From IMG/VR virus record IMGVR_UViG_3300032242_000738, positions 20,220 to 84,219 of that record: 64,000 bases of DNA. The stretch is one strand, 5' to 3'. The position numbers were made by a program, and so were the translations under genes. This DNA is from a virus. Positions 42,128 to 52,153 of this stretch are shown in pieces. Position 1 is the first letter of the stretch; the number at the start of each line of letters is the position of its first letter. The notes beneath the pieces are model-generated. The model ran no database searches. It saw only the letters and a list, made by a program, of their open reading frames with translations, and had not been told where the DNA came from.

Positions 42128-43047
42128 ACAAGAAACTTTGGGTAGAATCATACAGACCACAAACAGTACAAGATTATGTATTTGTGGATGATAGACAAAA
42201 AGATCAGGTAGAAGGTTGGGTACGTGATGGTAGTATTCCACATCTGTTACTATCAGGTGATCCGGGTACTGGTAAAACAACACTTGCTAAAGTATTGATA
42301 CATGAACTTGATGTAAGTGAATATGATGTATTAGAAATCAATGCAAGTCGTGAGAATAGCGTTGATGTTGTGCGTAATAAGATTGTTAACTTTGTACAAA
42401 CAATGCCCTTTGGTAATTTCAAAGTGGTATTACTAGATGAAGCAGATTATTTGACACCAGCTGGTCAAGCGGCATTGCGTAACGATATGGAAGCATATCA
42501 CATGACCGCACGATTTATATTAACTTGTAACTATCAACATAGGATTATCCCTGCATTGAAGTCACGCTGCCATGAGTTTCACATTACAAAAACAGATAAA
42601 ACAGAGTTCACTGCGAGAGCGGCAACTGTGTTAGTAAGTGAAAACATTGAGTTTGATTTAGATGATTTAGATAGTTATGTTCGTGCTACATATCCAGACT
42701 TACGTAAATGTCTAAATCAATTACAAGTTAATAGTAGTACAGGTAAACTATTACCACCACAAACACAAGGTAGTAGTGAAGATGAGTTATTAGTAGAAGC
42801 AACTAATCTATTCAAAGCAGGTAAGATACTTGAAGGTAGACAGCAACTATTGCAATATATTGCATTGTATCCTACACGTATTGAAGATACATATGCATGG
42901 ATGTATCAGAATTTAGATTTGTGGGGTAAGTCTAATGAAAAGCGTGATGCCAGTATTATTGTTATTAGAAATGGTTTAGCTAATCTAAGCTTAGTGGGTA
43001 TTCCCGAGATAAGTTTGGCAGCCACATTGGTAGAATTAACAAGTTAA
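42124..43047 (+). CDS. sliding-clamp loader ATPase subunit (T4 gp44/RFC-like)
   Basis: LWVESYRP, GDPGTGKTT, INASRE, LLDEAD, ALKSRC, YPDLRK. Confidence 0.92.
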   Translation: MNKKLWVESYRPQTVQDYVFVDDRQKDQVEGWVRDGSIPHLLLSGDPGTGKTTLAKVLIHELDVSEYDVLEINASRENSVDVVRNKIVNFVQTMPFGNFKVVLLDEADYLTPAGQAALRNDMEAYHMTARFILTCNYQHRIIPALKSRCHEFHITKTDKTEFTARAATVLVSENIEFDLDDLDSYVRATYPDLRKCLNQLQVNSSTGKLLPPQTQGSSEDELLVEATNLFKAGKILEGRQQLLQYIALYPTRIEDTYAWMYQNLDLWGKSNEKRDASIIVIRNGLANLSLVGIPEISLAATLVELTS

Positions 43048-43057
43048 AGGAAACAAA

Positions 43058-44134
43058 ATGATTAAAAATATATTAATAGGAATATTGATTAGTGTAGCAT
43101 TGATAGCTAAGGCAGAAGATGCACCAACAACATTACTAAACTCTGGTACTATAAGCCCTTATAAGGCTCATCGTGGTGGAATATTCTTAGCACCAGACTT
43201 TCTAGCTATTATTCCAGGAGATACAAAACTTGACATAAGTACTCAGTCTTGGGTAGATTCTTCAAACAATACAATTGTTCTTTCAAAGATGCCATATGTC
43301 AGTGGTACTAAGTATGCTAAAGACTATGCAAAAGAAGGCAGTGTTTTTACTGTAACCACTGATAACAGGTATCGTTATTTTAAAGGTAACGGATTACCAT
43401 CAACACCAATGGGAGAGTATCCTGTACAACAAGGTACCGAAGCATATAAGTATTATAGTGTTGCACCCGGTGGACATGATTTTAGAACAGGCATTCCTGG
43501 TTCAGACTATTCTAGTGCTGCCGCTATTGGCATTAGTCCTTATAACTTAACAGTTCAATTACCAAAACATCCTAAGGCAGCTATTACCCCAAATCCAATT
43601 GCTTCATTGCCAATTGGTGTAACACTAACTGGTACTGTGTGGCATTTTGAACTAGCAAATGCTAGCGGTACTGCATGGTATAATCCAACTTCATTATTGC
43701 CAATTGACCAATGTTGGGGGCATCCTTATGCTCAACAATATCACCTACATGGCTATTCATGGAAGTGTTTCCCTAATCAAGGAACAGAAGGACATTCACC
43801 ATTGTTTGGTTATGCATTTGATGGATTTGGCATTTATGGCCCTAGAGGTGATGACGGTGTGATGGTTACTAACGAACAACTAGATGAATGTCATGGACAC
43901 ACTCATCCAGTACTATGGGACGGTAAAATGAAAAACATCTATCACTATCATCTGAACAATGAGTATCCATATAGTATTGGTTGTTTTAGGGGTAAAGTTA
44001 ACTATGCTGAAGCATTAGGATCACCTGATATGAAGGCACATGGTAAAATGGTTCATGGTACAATGGGACATAAACACACAGAAGATAAAAATCTACCGGA
44101 TATTATGATTATTCCAAGGAAACCGTTTCAATGA
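43058..44134 (+). CDS. secreted YHYH-domain protein
   Basis: Signal peptide MIKNILIGILISVALIAKA; D.CWGHP...YHLH, SPLFGYAFDGFGIYGP, LDECHGH, YHYH. Confidence 0.8.
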   Translation: MIKNILIGILISVALIAKAEDAPTTLLNSGTISPYKAHRGGIFLAPDFLAIIPGDTKLDISTQSWVDSSNNTIVLSKMPYVSGTKYAKDYAKEGSVFTVTTDNRYRYFKGNGLPSTPMGEYPVQQGTEAYKYYSVAPGGHDFRTGIPGSDYSSAAAIGISPYNLTVQLPKHPKAAITPNPIASLPIGVTLTGTVWHFELANASGTAWYNPTSLLPIDQCWGHPYAQQYHLHGYSWKCFPNQGTEGHSPLFGYAFDGFGIYGPRGDDGVMVTNEQLDECHGHTHPVLWDGKMKNIYHYHLNNEYPYSIGCFRGKVNYAEALGSPDMKAHGKMVHGTMGHKHTEDKNLPDIMIIPRKPFQ

Positions 44135-44397
44135 GATATTTACTGATTACATTTATGAGAAAGCCTAACGGGCAAATTGATGAACAAGTTGCAGTATCTA
44201 AGAAAGTTAAACCTAGCGATTACCAAACTTGCAATGTTATATTAGATTATGCTAATAAAAAAATAGATAAGTGTGTAATTGAGGGTAAGGCTCTAGATAG
44301 AGAGTGGGATAAAATGCATGAATATTATGTAAGAATTTATCCTAATCTTATTGCACAACTTGAAAAAGAAGCTAGTATTACTGCCAAAGCAGAATGA
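44131..44397 (+). CDS. hypothetical protein
   Basis: 88-aa ORF, ATGA overlap. Confidence 0.6.
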   Translation: MRYLLITFMRKPNGQIDEQVAVSKKVKPSDYQTCNVILDYANKKIDKCVIEGKALDREWDKMHEYYVRIYPNLIAQLEKEASITAKAE

Positions 44398-45308
44398 AAT
44401 TTCTAGTTAATTTTTCTAATAACATATCTATAACATATGATTTAGTAGATGAACCCATAGTGTATACGTGGGCTGAAGCAATTAAACATAAAACAGTTGA
44501 TAATTTACGTAAGATTAATCATTATGTGGGATATGCAGATGAAAATTTAATACACAGTCATATACAAAGATTATATGAGTTGGCTGATAAAATTAACCTG
44601 CGTATCCCTAATAGAGTTATTAAGAAAGAGATAACTAAAGATACTTGGAAAGAAGCATTACATGTAATGCATGTTCATTTTCCTGAGTTTAGAAATCATG
44701 AGGATTACCGTGACATTTGGGAATATCTTAGTGATTACAATGATATAATACATTGGTTAGAAGTAATATTATATAATGTTTGGTCTGATAATTCTCCATT
44801 AGAATCAATATCTAGTTTATTTCGTATCACATTGGTTTTTAAGAGTACATTACAAGACTTCTTAACTATTCCTGAAGAAGCATATAAGTTATTTGACCCC
44901 ACTACAAATTTTGGTGATCTATCATTACAATATGTACATGTGGGTAAATATGCTTGGGAACTATTTACGGTTAATGATTTAACCTGCCCACCATCACAAT
45001 TTATACCACAAACACAATTTACAGCATCATGTAGGTTAATATTTACTGATTATTTTCACAATACTGAAATAAAGAAAGAGTTACTACAGCAACGATGGGA
45101 AAAGTTTTATGTAGATCGTGGTGGGTATGAGTTTTGGGGTTATGATATAGATGATCCTAGATTATCATTTGGTCATTTAAAAATAGGACAACTATCTAAT
45201 ATTTCTATTGATGGTGTAGATATACCTATACCAGTAACGATAGATGAGTTATGTGATTTTAGAAAACAATTAGTATTGACTAATGTTATTAATTGGGAGA
45301 TAATTTAA
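44394..45308 (+). CDS. hypothetical protein
   Basis: 304-aa ORF, ATGA overlap; LHVMHVHF and NDIIHWLE motifs, unassigned. Confidence 0.6.
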   Translation: MKFLVNFSNNISITYDLVDEPIVYTWAEAIKHKTVDNLRKINHYVGYADENLIHSHIQRLYELADKINLRIPNRVIKKEITKDTWKEALHVMHVHFPEFRNHEDYRDIWEYLSDYNDIIHWLEVILYNVWSDNSPLESISSLFRITLVFKSTLQDFLTIPEEAYKLFDPTTNFGDLSLQYVHVGKYAWELFTVNDLTCPPSQFIPQTQFTASCRLIFTDYFHNTEIKKELLQQRWEKFYVDRGGYEFWGYDIDDPRLSFGHLKIGQLSNISIDGVDIPIPVTIDELCDFRKQLVLTNVINWEII

Positions 45309-45327
45309 ATGGGGCCGTAGCCCCATT
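45308..45327. terminator. hairpin between convergent genes (probable bidirectional terminator)
   Basis: AATGGGGC-CGTA-GCCCCATT. Confidence 0.7.
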
Positions 45328-45331
45328 ATTG

Positions 45332-46114
45332 TTAACTATATAAGTTAAGCACATGTTCAATTATGCGATGACGTTGAACATCTTTTAGTTCAAACTTGCA
45401 TAACTGCAATCCCGGAATCACCCCCTTCCTCAACCTATTTTGTAAATCTAATAGCCCGTTGTCGGCTGTTTTACGATCGGCTTGTTCAATATCGCCAGTA
45501 ATTACAATTTTACTACCGACGCCGATTCTGGTCATAATCATTTTGAGTTGACCCGGGGTTGCGTTTTGTGCCTCGTCTAATACTACCCAACTATTTTTGA
45601 AATTTCGTCCTCGACAAAATGCTAGAGGTGCAATTTCCACTATCTGTTCTTCTAGCATGTGGGTTATTTCCTTTGTGGTATAGTATTCACGCAGAACGTC
45701 TAATAACGGTCTAGTCCATGGTTCCATCTTTTGGTTGATATCACCGGGTAAGAAACCGTGCTTCTCATCATCAACACCTACTGCAGGTCTGGATAATATA
45801 ATTCTATCACATTCACCATTACGCATAGCTTTAATCGCCGCTAGCATTGCTAAGTAAGTTTTACCAGTACCCGCAGGACCTGTGACTACGACAATATCTG
45901 TCTGTTCATCCAGTAGTGCGAGGATATAATTTTCTTGGTTAACTGACTTTGGGACTAGTTGTACAGGCTTTTTATTTACCCTAATTTCCCTTTGTGCTTG
46001 TGCGAAATCTATTGTTTTTGATCCATGTGTATAGAAAGTTTGATTATCTTGCTTTTTATTGTGTGAAAACCGTGTGTCTTGTGTACGTAATGCGCTAGTT
46101 TTTCTTTTGCTCAA
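45332..46114 (-). CDS. phoH: PhoH-family ATPase
   Basis: GPAGTGKTYLA, LSRPAV, GFLPGD, IAPLAFCRGRNF, LDEAQN, TRIG, GDIEQAD. Confidence 0.95.
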   Translation of the reverse strand: MSKRKTSALRTQDTRFSHNKKQDNQTFYTHGSKTIDFAQAQREIRVNKKPVQLVPKSVNQENYILALLDEQTDIVVVTGPAGTGKTYLAMLAAIKAMRNGECDRIILSRPAVGVDDEKHGFLPGDINQKMEPWTRPLLDVLREYYTTKEITHMLEEQIVEIAPLAFCRGRNFKNSWVVLDEAQNATPGQLKMIMTRIGVGSKIVITGDIEQADRKTADNGLLDLQNRLRKGVIPGLQLCKFELKDVQRHRIIEHVLNLYS

Positions 46115-46285
46115 GTTAATTCTCCTTTGTAGAGCGGTGAGTTCTCATAACACTCAAATCTATTTAAGGTCAATATAATCAGTCATAATAGCATACTTAT
46201 TGTGCAAAGTTTTATGATAAATATTAGGCTACGGTGTGTATCATTGTTATTTGATATATTCAAACTACAAAAGATAAATATATAT

Positions 46286-46894
46286 ATGAAAACCGCAGAC
46301 GAATTTTTTGACAACGTTGATTATGTAAGTATAATTGACACCGTAAAAGGTATATTTACCAGTGACGGATCTATGGCTGTATTACTAGACTATGAACGAG
46401 TACTAGATGAAGCCGACTTATATGCATTTAAAAACTGGGAATTGGGAGAATTAGTCCAAGGTCCTGATGTTAAACGCTATACAGTAGCATGTATATTCAT
46501 GTACCCATACAAATTAATGCCCGACCCACGTGGTGCTAAACGACTAGCTAGTGTAGGATGCAAAATAAAGTTCAAAAAAACTAAAATCAAAGTACCAGTT
46601 GCAGTTGAAAACCCAGATGATTATATACCAGGCACACGTTATCCAAAGACTGCTATGCGTGAAGTATGGTTAGTTTATATAGAAATGCCTAAAGAATTGA
46701 TGGATGATATACGTGAAGGTTCAATTGATTTAGCAGGTCAAAATATTGACTTAAATGAATTAGATGACGCATATGATGATGATTTAGATAAAGAAGATAC
46801 CGGTGAAGCTGACGACCAAGAACAAGATATGATGGATCAAACTGGTACAGCAGCACCGGGATTAGGTGCACCTCCCCCATTACCACAAATGTAA
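46286..46894 (+). CDS. conserved hypothetical protein with acidic tail
   Basis: Start reassigned to MKTADEFF (46286), 5 nt after GATAAATA; ERVLDE.DLYAFKNW..GE...GP, MPDPRGA. Confidence 0.65.
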   Translation: MKTADEFFDNVDYVSIIDTVKGIFTSDGSMAVLLDYERVLDEADLYAFKNWELGELVQGPDVKRYTVACIFMYPYKLMPDPRGAKRLASVGCKIKFKKTKIKVPVAVENPDDYIPGTRYPKTAMREVWLVYIEMPKELMDDIREGSIDLAGQNIDLNELDDAYDDDLDKEDTGEADDQEQDMMDQTGTAAPGLGAPPPLPQM

Positions 46895-46895
46895 T

Positions 46896-47453
46896 ATGAC
46901 TAATAAAACTATATTAAACGAAGGCTTAGATTATCATGACCTAGAAGGGCAAATGATACCTACAGTAACGGTAGATGAATATGCCGCACACATGGGTACC
47001 GACAGTGAAATTGTAACATTAGCATTTACTATTAAAAGTGAAGCAGCCGGTAATGATTTAGTTGATTGGTTTGAGCGTGGTTATGATTTTGTATTAGATG
47101 CACAAGTAAGTGAAGGTGAAGTTAAGCCTGGACGATATCTAGTGTTTGTAGAAATGAATCGTAGAACTAGTGTACCAAAACGTATAATAGAATTATTAGA
47201 TGATTTAGAGACATTAACAGCTATACCAGTTAAAGATTGGACAATTATAGTTGATGATGAAGAATATCCACCTGAAGAAGATATATTAAAGCAAGTTATT
47301 ACTATCAGTCCACATGATTATCGTGAGACTGAAGAAGTTGAAGAAGAAGAAATAAATGAAATGCGTGAACGTGCTGGACTAGAAGTTAAAGCTATTCATT
47401 CAGATAAACAAGATGCTGATATTAAAGCATACAAATCAATGGCAGGACTATAA
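46896..47453 (+). CDS. hypothetical protein with MTNKTILNE leader
   Basis: Start reassigned to 46896; C-terminal MRERAGL / YKSMAGL motifs. Confidence 0.6.
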   Translation: MTNKTILNEGLDYHDLEGQMIPTVTVDEYAAHMGTDSEIVTLAFTIKSEAAGNDLVDWFERGYDFVLDAQVSEGEVKPGRYLVFVEMNRRTSVPKRIIELLDDLETLTAIPVKDWTIIVDDEEYPPEEDILKQVITISPHDYRETEEVEEEEINEMRERAGLEVKAIHSDKQDADIKAYKSMAGL

Positions 47454-48103
47454 TGGCAACTATATTACCAAAAAAAGCAGGATACGAAAACCCAATAGCA
47501 ACTGATGATGATCACCATGAAGCATTAGCGGCTGACCCTACGATAAGTCAATTCCCACAAGGAAGTACATTTGGAGATAATAATGGTTTCAACACATCAT
47601 CAAGCGGGCCTTCAGCATTTGGCTCATCTACAGCAGGAGGCTTCGGATCAGCCGGCACTTTTGGTTCATCAGCTACAGCAGGCTTTGGTTCAAGTTCAGG
47701 GTTTGGAGCACCAGCGAGTTCGTTTGGCGGAACAACCAATAACATGGGATCCACCGGCACAAGCAACATGAATATGAGTGTTGGCAATCAGCCTGTACTT
47801 ACTGGTGCAGGATCTAATGCCGCACAAGGTGCAGATGTGTTAGTAGCAAATGATAACACAGATTGGATCAACAAAAAATGGCGTCCTGTTATGGGCTGGG
47901 TTTATATGATGACATGTACATGTGACTTTGTTATATTCCCCGTATTATGGAGCTTATTACAGGCAATGAGTAAGGGTAGTGTTACTAGTCAATGGCAACC
48001 ACTAACATTACAGGGTGCTGGATTATACCACATCGCTATGGGTGCTGTACTTGGTATCGCAGCTTACGGGCGAACAAAAGAAAAAATTGAAGGTAAATCA
48101 TAA
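47453..48103 (+). CDS. 3-TM holin-like membrane protein with FG/Ser-rich N-terminal low-complexity region
   Basis: WINKKWRPVMGW...DFVIFPVLW...WQPLTLQG.GLYH.AMGAVLG.AAYGRT.EK. Confidence 0.65.
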   Translation: MATILPKKAGYENPIATDDDHHEALAADPTISQFPQGSTFGDNNGFNTSSSGPSAFGSSTAGGFGSAGTFGSSATAGFGSSSGFGAPASSFGGTTNNMGSTGTSNMNMSVGNQPVLTGAGSNAAQGADVLVANDNTDWINKKWRPVMGWVYMMTCTCDFVIFPVLWSLLQAMSKGSVTSQWQPLTLQGAGLYHIAMGAVLGIAAYGRTKEKIEGKS

Positions 48104-48109
48104 TAAATA

Positions 48110-48138
48110 TTGACTTAACACACTAACTGTGTTATATT
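48110..48138 (+). promoter_or_regulatory. sigma70-like promoter with palindrome in spacer
   Basis: TTGACT-N17-TATATT; TAACACA-CTAAC-TGTGTTA at 48116-48134. Confidence 0.55.
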
Positions 48139-48145
48139 TGATATT

Positions 48146-48952
48146 ATGACAGACTACTATTCAACTTTAGGTGTTGGTAAAAATGCTAACGCCGATGAAA
48201 TTAAACAAGCATATAGAAGATTAGCAGGTAAACATCACCCGGATAAAGGTGGTGATACCGCTACATTTCAAAAGATAGAAGAAGCATATCGCATTCTTAG
48301 TGATCCACAACAACGTCAACAATATGATAATCCAATTAATCAGGGTAATCCCTTCCAAGGATTTCCGGGAGGTGGATTCCAATTCAATATGAATGGATTC
48401 AATATGGATGAAATATTTGGACAAATGTTCAGACAACAACATAATAATCCATTTAATCAACAAAACACATATAGAACTACATATTGGATTAGTTTAGAAC
48501 ATGTGTATAATGGCGGTGAAGAAGTATTGAAATTACAAACTCCCACCGGAGCACATATGGTTAAAGTAAATATTCCAAAAGGAATACAAGATGGTGGACA
48601 GGTTCGCTATGAAAAAGTTATTGATTCTAGTGATTTAATTGTAGAATATAGAATTCACCCACATTTAAAATATGAAAGAAGAATCAATGACTTGTATAGT
48701 AATCATCCTATATCTGTATTAGATTTAATTGTGGGTAGTACTTTTGAATTTGTTACTATCAGTGGTAAAAAATTAGAAGTAACTGTACAGCCCAACACAC
48801 AACCATATATGCATCTGAAACTAAACAATCAAGGACTTCCAATACAGGGAACTAATATATTTGGTGACCAAATCATCTTGCTAAAACCCTTTATTCCTGA
48901 TAATATAGACAGTCGTATAACTGATAGCATTTTGCTATCTAAAGCACAGTAA
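48146..48952 (+). CDS. dnaJ: DnaJ/CbpA-like co-chaperone (J domain + C-terminal domain, no Zn finger)
   Basis: DYYSTLGV...IKQAYRRLA.KHHPDKGG...AY.ILSDP. Confidence 0.9.
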   Translation: MTDYYSTLGVGKNANADEIKQAYRRLAGKHHPDKGGDTATFQKIEEAYRILSDPQQRQQYDNPINQGNPFQGFPGGGFQFNMNGFNMDEIFGQMFRQQHNNPFNQQNTYRTTYWISLEHVYNGGEEVLKLQTPTGAHMVKVNIPKGIQDGGQVRYEKVIDSSDLIVEYRIHPHLKYERRINDLYSNHPISVLDLIVGSTFEFVTISGKKLEVTVQPNTQPYMHLKLNNQGLPIQGTNIFGDQIILLKPFIPDNIDSRITDSILLSKAQ

Positions 48953-48976
48953 ATATTATTTTAAAAGGAAATACTA

Positions 48977-51253
48977 GTGAATAATTCACCCGAAATTGAA
49001 GCTATCATTGAACAGGCTATTGAGTTTTCTAAACAACGAAAACATCAATATTGCACTATTGAACATTTGTTATTATCGCTTATAACACATACTCCATTTA
49101 AAAAATGTTTAGATAGTTTTGGTTGTGAAACACAAACTATGATTCAGGAAGTTACTTCATATATTGATAGCTTACACGCTATCGTAGCAAAAGTAGACCC
49201 TGAAGTGGAAGTACAACCCAAAAAGACAAATAGCTTAGAACGTGTAATGAATCGTAGTGTAACACAAGTTCTATTCACAGGACGTAGACAAGTAACTACC
49301 ATTGACTTGTATCTAAGTATCTCAAGTGAGGGCAATAGTCATGCACATTACTTCTTGTTGAAATATGGTATCAATAAAAATGACTTTGTACCACATTGGC
49401 AAAAAACATACAAGGGTGCAGAATTTACTACTAAATTGTCTGAAAGTCAAGCAGATGAGATACTTGAAGAATATACTACTAATCTCAGTCAATTAGCACG
49501 TCAAGGTAAACTTGAACCACTAATTGGACGCACTAAAGAACTTGATGACATTATCAATGTACTTGCTAAACGATTTAAGAGTAATGTATTGATGGTAGGT
49601 GATCCAGGTGTGGGTAAAACAGCTATTGCAGAAGGTCTTGCACAAACAATCGCACTAGGTGATTGTCCTGAATTCATTATTAACCACGATGTATATAGTC
49701 TTGAAATAGGTGCATTGCTTGCTGGTAGTAAATATCGCGGTGACTTTGAAGAAAAAGTTAAAGCTGTATTAGACGCATTGAATACTAAAAAGAAAGCAAT
49801 ATTGTTCATTGATGAAGCACATACCATGAAGGGTAGTGGTTCTTCAACTAGTGGATCTATTGATTTTGCCAACATGATTAAACCTGCAATTACTAAAGGT
49901 ACACTTAAAGTTATTGCTAGTACTACTTGGGAAGAATACTACGAAAGCTTTGAGAAAGACCGTGCATTGATGCGTAGATTCTATCGTGTATCAGTGGATG
50001 AACCATCACATGATAGTACAATTCGCATTCTTAGTGGATTAAGCACACGATTGAATGACTTTCATGAAGTAGAAATCAGTGAAGAAGCAGTAACGGCAGC
50101 GGTAGAAATGTCAGCACGATATATTCACGACCGTAAGAATCCAGATAAATCTATTGACCTACTTGATGCGGCTTGTGCTAAACAACGTGTTGCAGGTAAT
50201 AAAGGTATAATCATTACTAAAGACTTGATCCACGAGCAAGTTGAGAAATTCACCGGCGTCCCTGCTGATAAGCTTAATGGTGATAACTATGACCGTATCA
50301 ATAATCTTGAGATTAACATCAAGGGTAAATTGTATGGACAAGATGAAACAGTTGAACAAGTATTAGAACGTATCTATGTTAGCTTTGCTGGCATTGGTAA
50401 TGAATCTAAGCCTACAGCAAGTTTTATCTTCTTAGGCCCAACTGGTACAGGTAAAACAGAATTGGCTAAGTTGTTAAGTAAAAACCTTGATATGCCATTA
50501 CTCAAGTATGATATGAGTGAATATAGTGAGAAACATTCAGTATCAAGTTTGATTGGTCCTCCCCCTGGCTATGTTGGCTTTGGTGATAGTCAAGTTGGTG
50601 GTGGACGATTAATCAATGACTTAAGCAAGAACCCACATAGTATTTTGTTATTTGATGAGGTTGAGAAAGCACATCCAGATATCTTTAATATCTTCTTACA
50701 GATGTTAGATGAGGGTCGTATTACTGGTAGTAATGGTAAAGAAGTTAACTGTAAAAATACCATCATTATTATGACAAGTAACTTGGGTAGTAGTGATAGT
50801 GAGAAAAACAATATTGGATTCGGTAGCCAAGAAAAGATTGGTGAGGATGACAAAGCAATTAAAGAATTCTTTAAACCAGAATTTAGAAATCGTGTTGATT
50901 TGATTTGTAAGTTTGGTAAACTAGATACATTAGCTATTAAGAAGATTGTTGTTAAGTTTACAGAAGATTTGAAGAAATCATTGGTTGAGAAGCATAATAT
51001 CAGTTTGAATCTAAGTGAGCCAGTTGTTGATTATCTAGCTGATAAGGGTTATGATAAGAAAATGGGTGCTCGTCCATTAGGTCGTAAGATTGATGAATTG
51101 ATTCGTGTACCATTGAGTAAGAAAATATTGTTTGAACGTATTAAAAATGCTACAGTAACATGTGTATTGGTAGATAATAATATTGAATTTAATGTAGTTC
51201 AAAAATCAATTGCGAAAGTAGGATCAGATGGCATTATTGAAATCAGTAACTAA
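48977..51253 (+). CDS. clpA: ClpA-type ATP-dependent Clp protease ATPase
   Basis: N-domain TIEHLLL; AAA1 GDPGVGKT, GSKYRGDFE, FIDEAH; AAA2 GPTGTGKT, PPGYVG, FDEVEKAH; IGF loop; no ClpB middle domain. Confidence 0.92.
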   Translation: MNNSPEIEAIIEQAIEFSKQRKHQYCTIEHLLLSLITHTPFKKCLDSFGCETQTMIQEVTSYIDSLHAIVAKVDPEVEVQPKKTNSLERVMNRSVTQVLFTGRRQVTTIDLYLSISSEGNSHAHYFLLKYGINKNDFVPHWQKTYKGAEFTTKLSESQADEILEEYTTNLSQLARQGKLEPLIGRTKELDDIINVLAKRFKSNVLMVGDPGVGKTAIAEGLAQTIALGDCPEFIINHDVYSLEIGALLAGSKYRGDFEEKVKAVLDALNTKKKAILFIDEAHTMKGSGSSTSGSIDFANMIKPAITKGTLKVIASTTWEEYYESFEKDRALMRRFYRVSVDEPSHDSTIRILSGLSTRLNDFHEVEISEEAVTAAVEMSARYIHDRKNPDKSIDLLDAACAKQRVAGNKGIIITKDLIHEQVEKFTGVPADKLNGDNYDRINNLEINIKGKLYGQDETVEQVLERIYVSFAGIGNESKPTASFIFLGPTGTGKTELAKLLSKNLDMPLLKYDMSEYSEKHSVSSLIGPPPGYVGFGDSQVGGGRLINDLSKNPHSILLFDEVEKAHPDIFNIFLQMLDEGRITGSNGKEVNCKNTIIIMTSNLGSSDSEKNNIGFGSQEKIGEDDKAIKEFFKPEFRNRVDLICKFGKLDTLAIKKIVVKFTEDLKKSLVEKHNISLNLSEPVVDYLADKGYDKKMGARPLGRKIDELIRVPLSKKILFERIKNATVTCVLVDNNIEFNVVQKSIAKVGSDGIIEISN

Positions 51254-51953
51254 TGTACCGGGTATTGATTATTACGATTACCGAGATAGTGACTATTACA
51301 ACAAGTACATTTATCGGGTAAGATTCAAAATGCCTAGTATTAGGTATATAATCAATGAAACGTCTGTTGATGGTTTGATGAAGCGGTATAATGCTACCAG
51401 TGGATGGAGAGTTATTAAAGATACCGATCGTCCAGAAGTTACAGCAGATTTAGAAGCACTTAAACAATTAATAGAATTACGTAAATCATTTAAAAAAGAT
51501 GGCTCAGCAATTATTCGTTTAGAATGGCATACAGCATCAATTTTTAGTAATGATTTATCTTTACTGAAACGTATTGAAAATATCAAGCCTGAATTAGATT
51601 ATGATTATACCCAAGTACAGACAAATAATTTTGTAGGGGTAAAATCATTTGCTAAAGAGCCTAAACATAAGTTTAGAGTATATTTAAAATCTAAGATAGT
51701 TAAAGGTGGTTTAGTAGAACAGCTTGATGAATTATTAAAACGTACCCCTAGCTTATATCCCTGTAATTCATTAAAATATTGGTTATTGGGTGCAGTTCTT
51801 ACTAAAAATCAATATAGTTGGAGATATCGTTTTACCAGCCCTATACATTTCATTGATTATGATGATGAAAGTACATTAAGTTATCTAGCATTAATGCATG
51901 GGGAATATCTTGGAAAACGCTATAAATTAGAAAAACGCCTTGAACCTATCTAA
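51228..51953 (+). CDS. hypothetical protein
   Basis: 241-aa ORF overlapping the end of clpA. Confidence 0.6.
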   Translation: MALLKSVTNVPGIDYYDYRDSDYYNKYIYRVRFKMPSIRYIINETSVDGLMKRYNATSGWRVIKDTDRPEVTADLEALKQLIELRKSFKKDGSAIIRLEWHTASIFSNDLSLLKRIENIKPELDYDYTQVQTNNFVGVKSFAKEPKHKFRVYLKSKIVKGGLVEQLDELLKRTPSLYPCNSLKYWLLGAVLTKNQYSWRYRFTSPIHFIDYDDESTLSYLALMHGEYLGKRYKLEKRLEPI

Positions 51954-51988
51954 AATGATAAATACTCTAATAAAATGGAGTATTTACC

Positions 51989-52153
51989 ATGGCAAAGATT
52001 GTAACAGAATCAATCGTAATCACGTTTAGTAAGATAGTAAAAGATACTGAGCAGGGAGCTAGTATTACTAGTCCTGAGATAGAAGCGGCTTTAGAACAAG
52101 TTGCCCAAGAATTAATTGGCGATAGTGTAGTTGTTGAGGTTGTAAAAGCATAA
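51989..52153 (+). CDS. small hypothetical protein (54 aa), missing from the ORF track
   Basis: MAKIVTESIVITFSKIVKD...VVVEVVKA*; SD GGAG; late promoter at 51957; TAATG overlap with next gene. Confidence 0.75.
   Translation: MAKIVTESIVITFSKIVKDTEQGASITSPEIEAALEQVAQELIGDSVVVEVVKA

Noticed and set aside
46115-46200. Pho box upstream of phoH
   Set aside because: No TGTCA repeats at 11-bp spacing; only a TAAATA late-type element and SD AAGGAG on the minus strand
48116-48134. CIRCE element before dnaJ
   Set aside because: Does not match TTAGCACTC-N9-GAGTGCTAA in sequence or spacing
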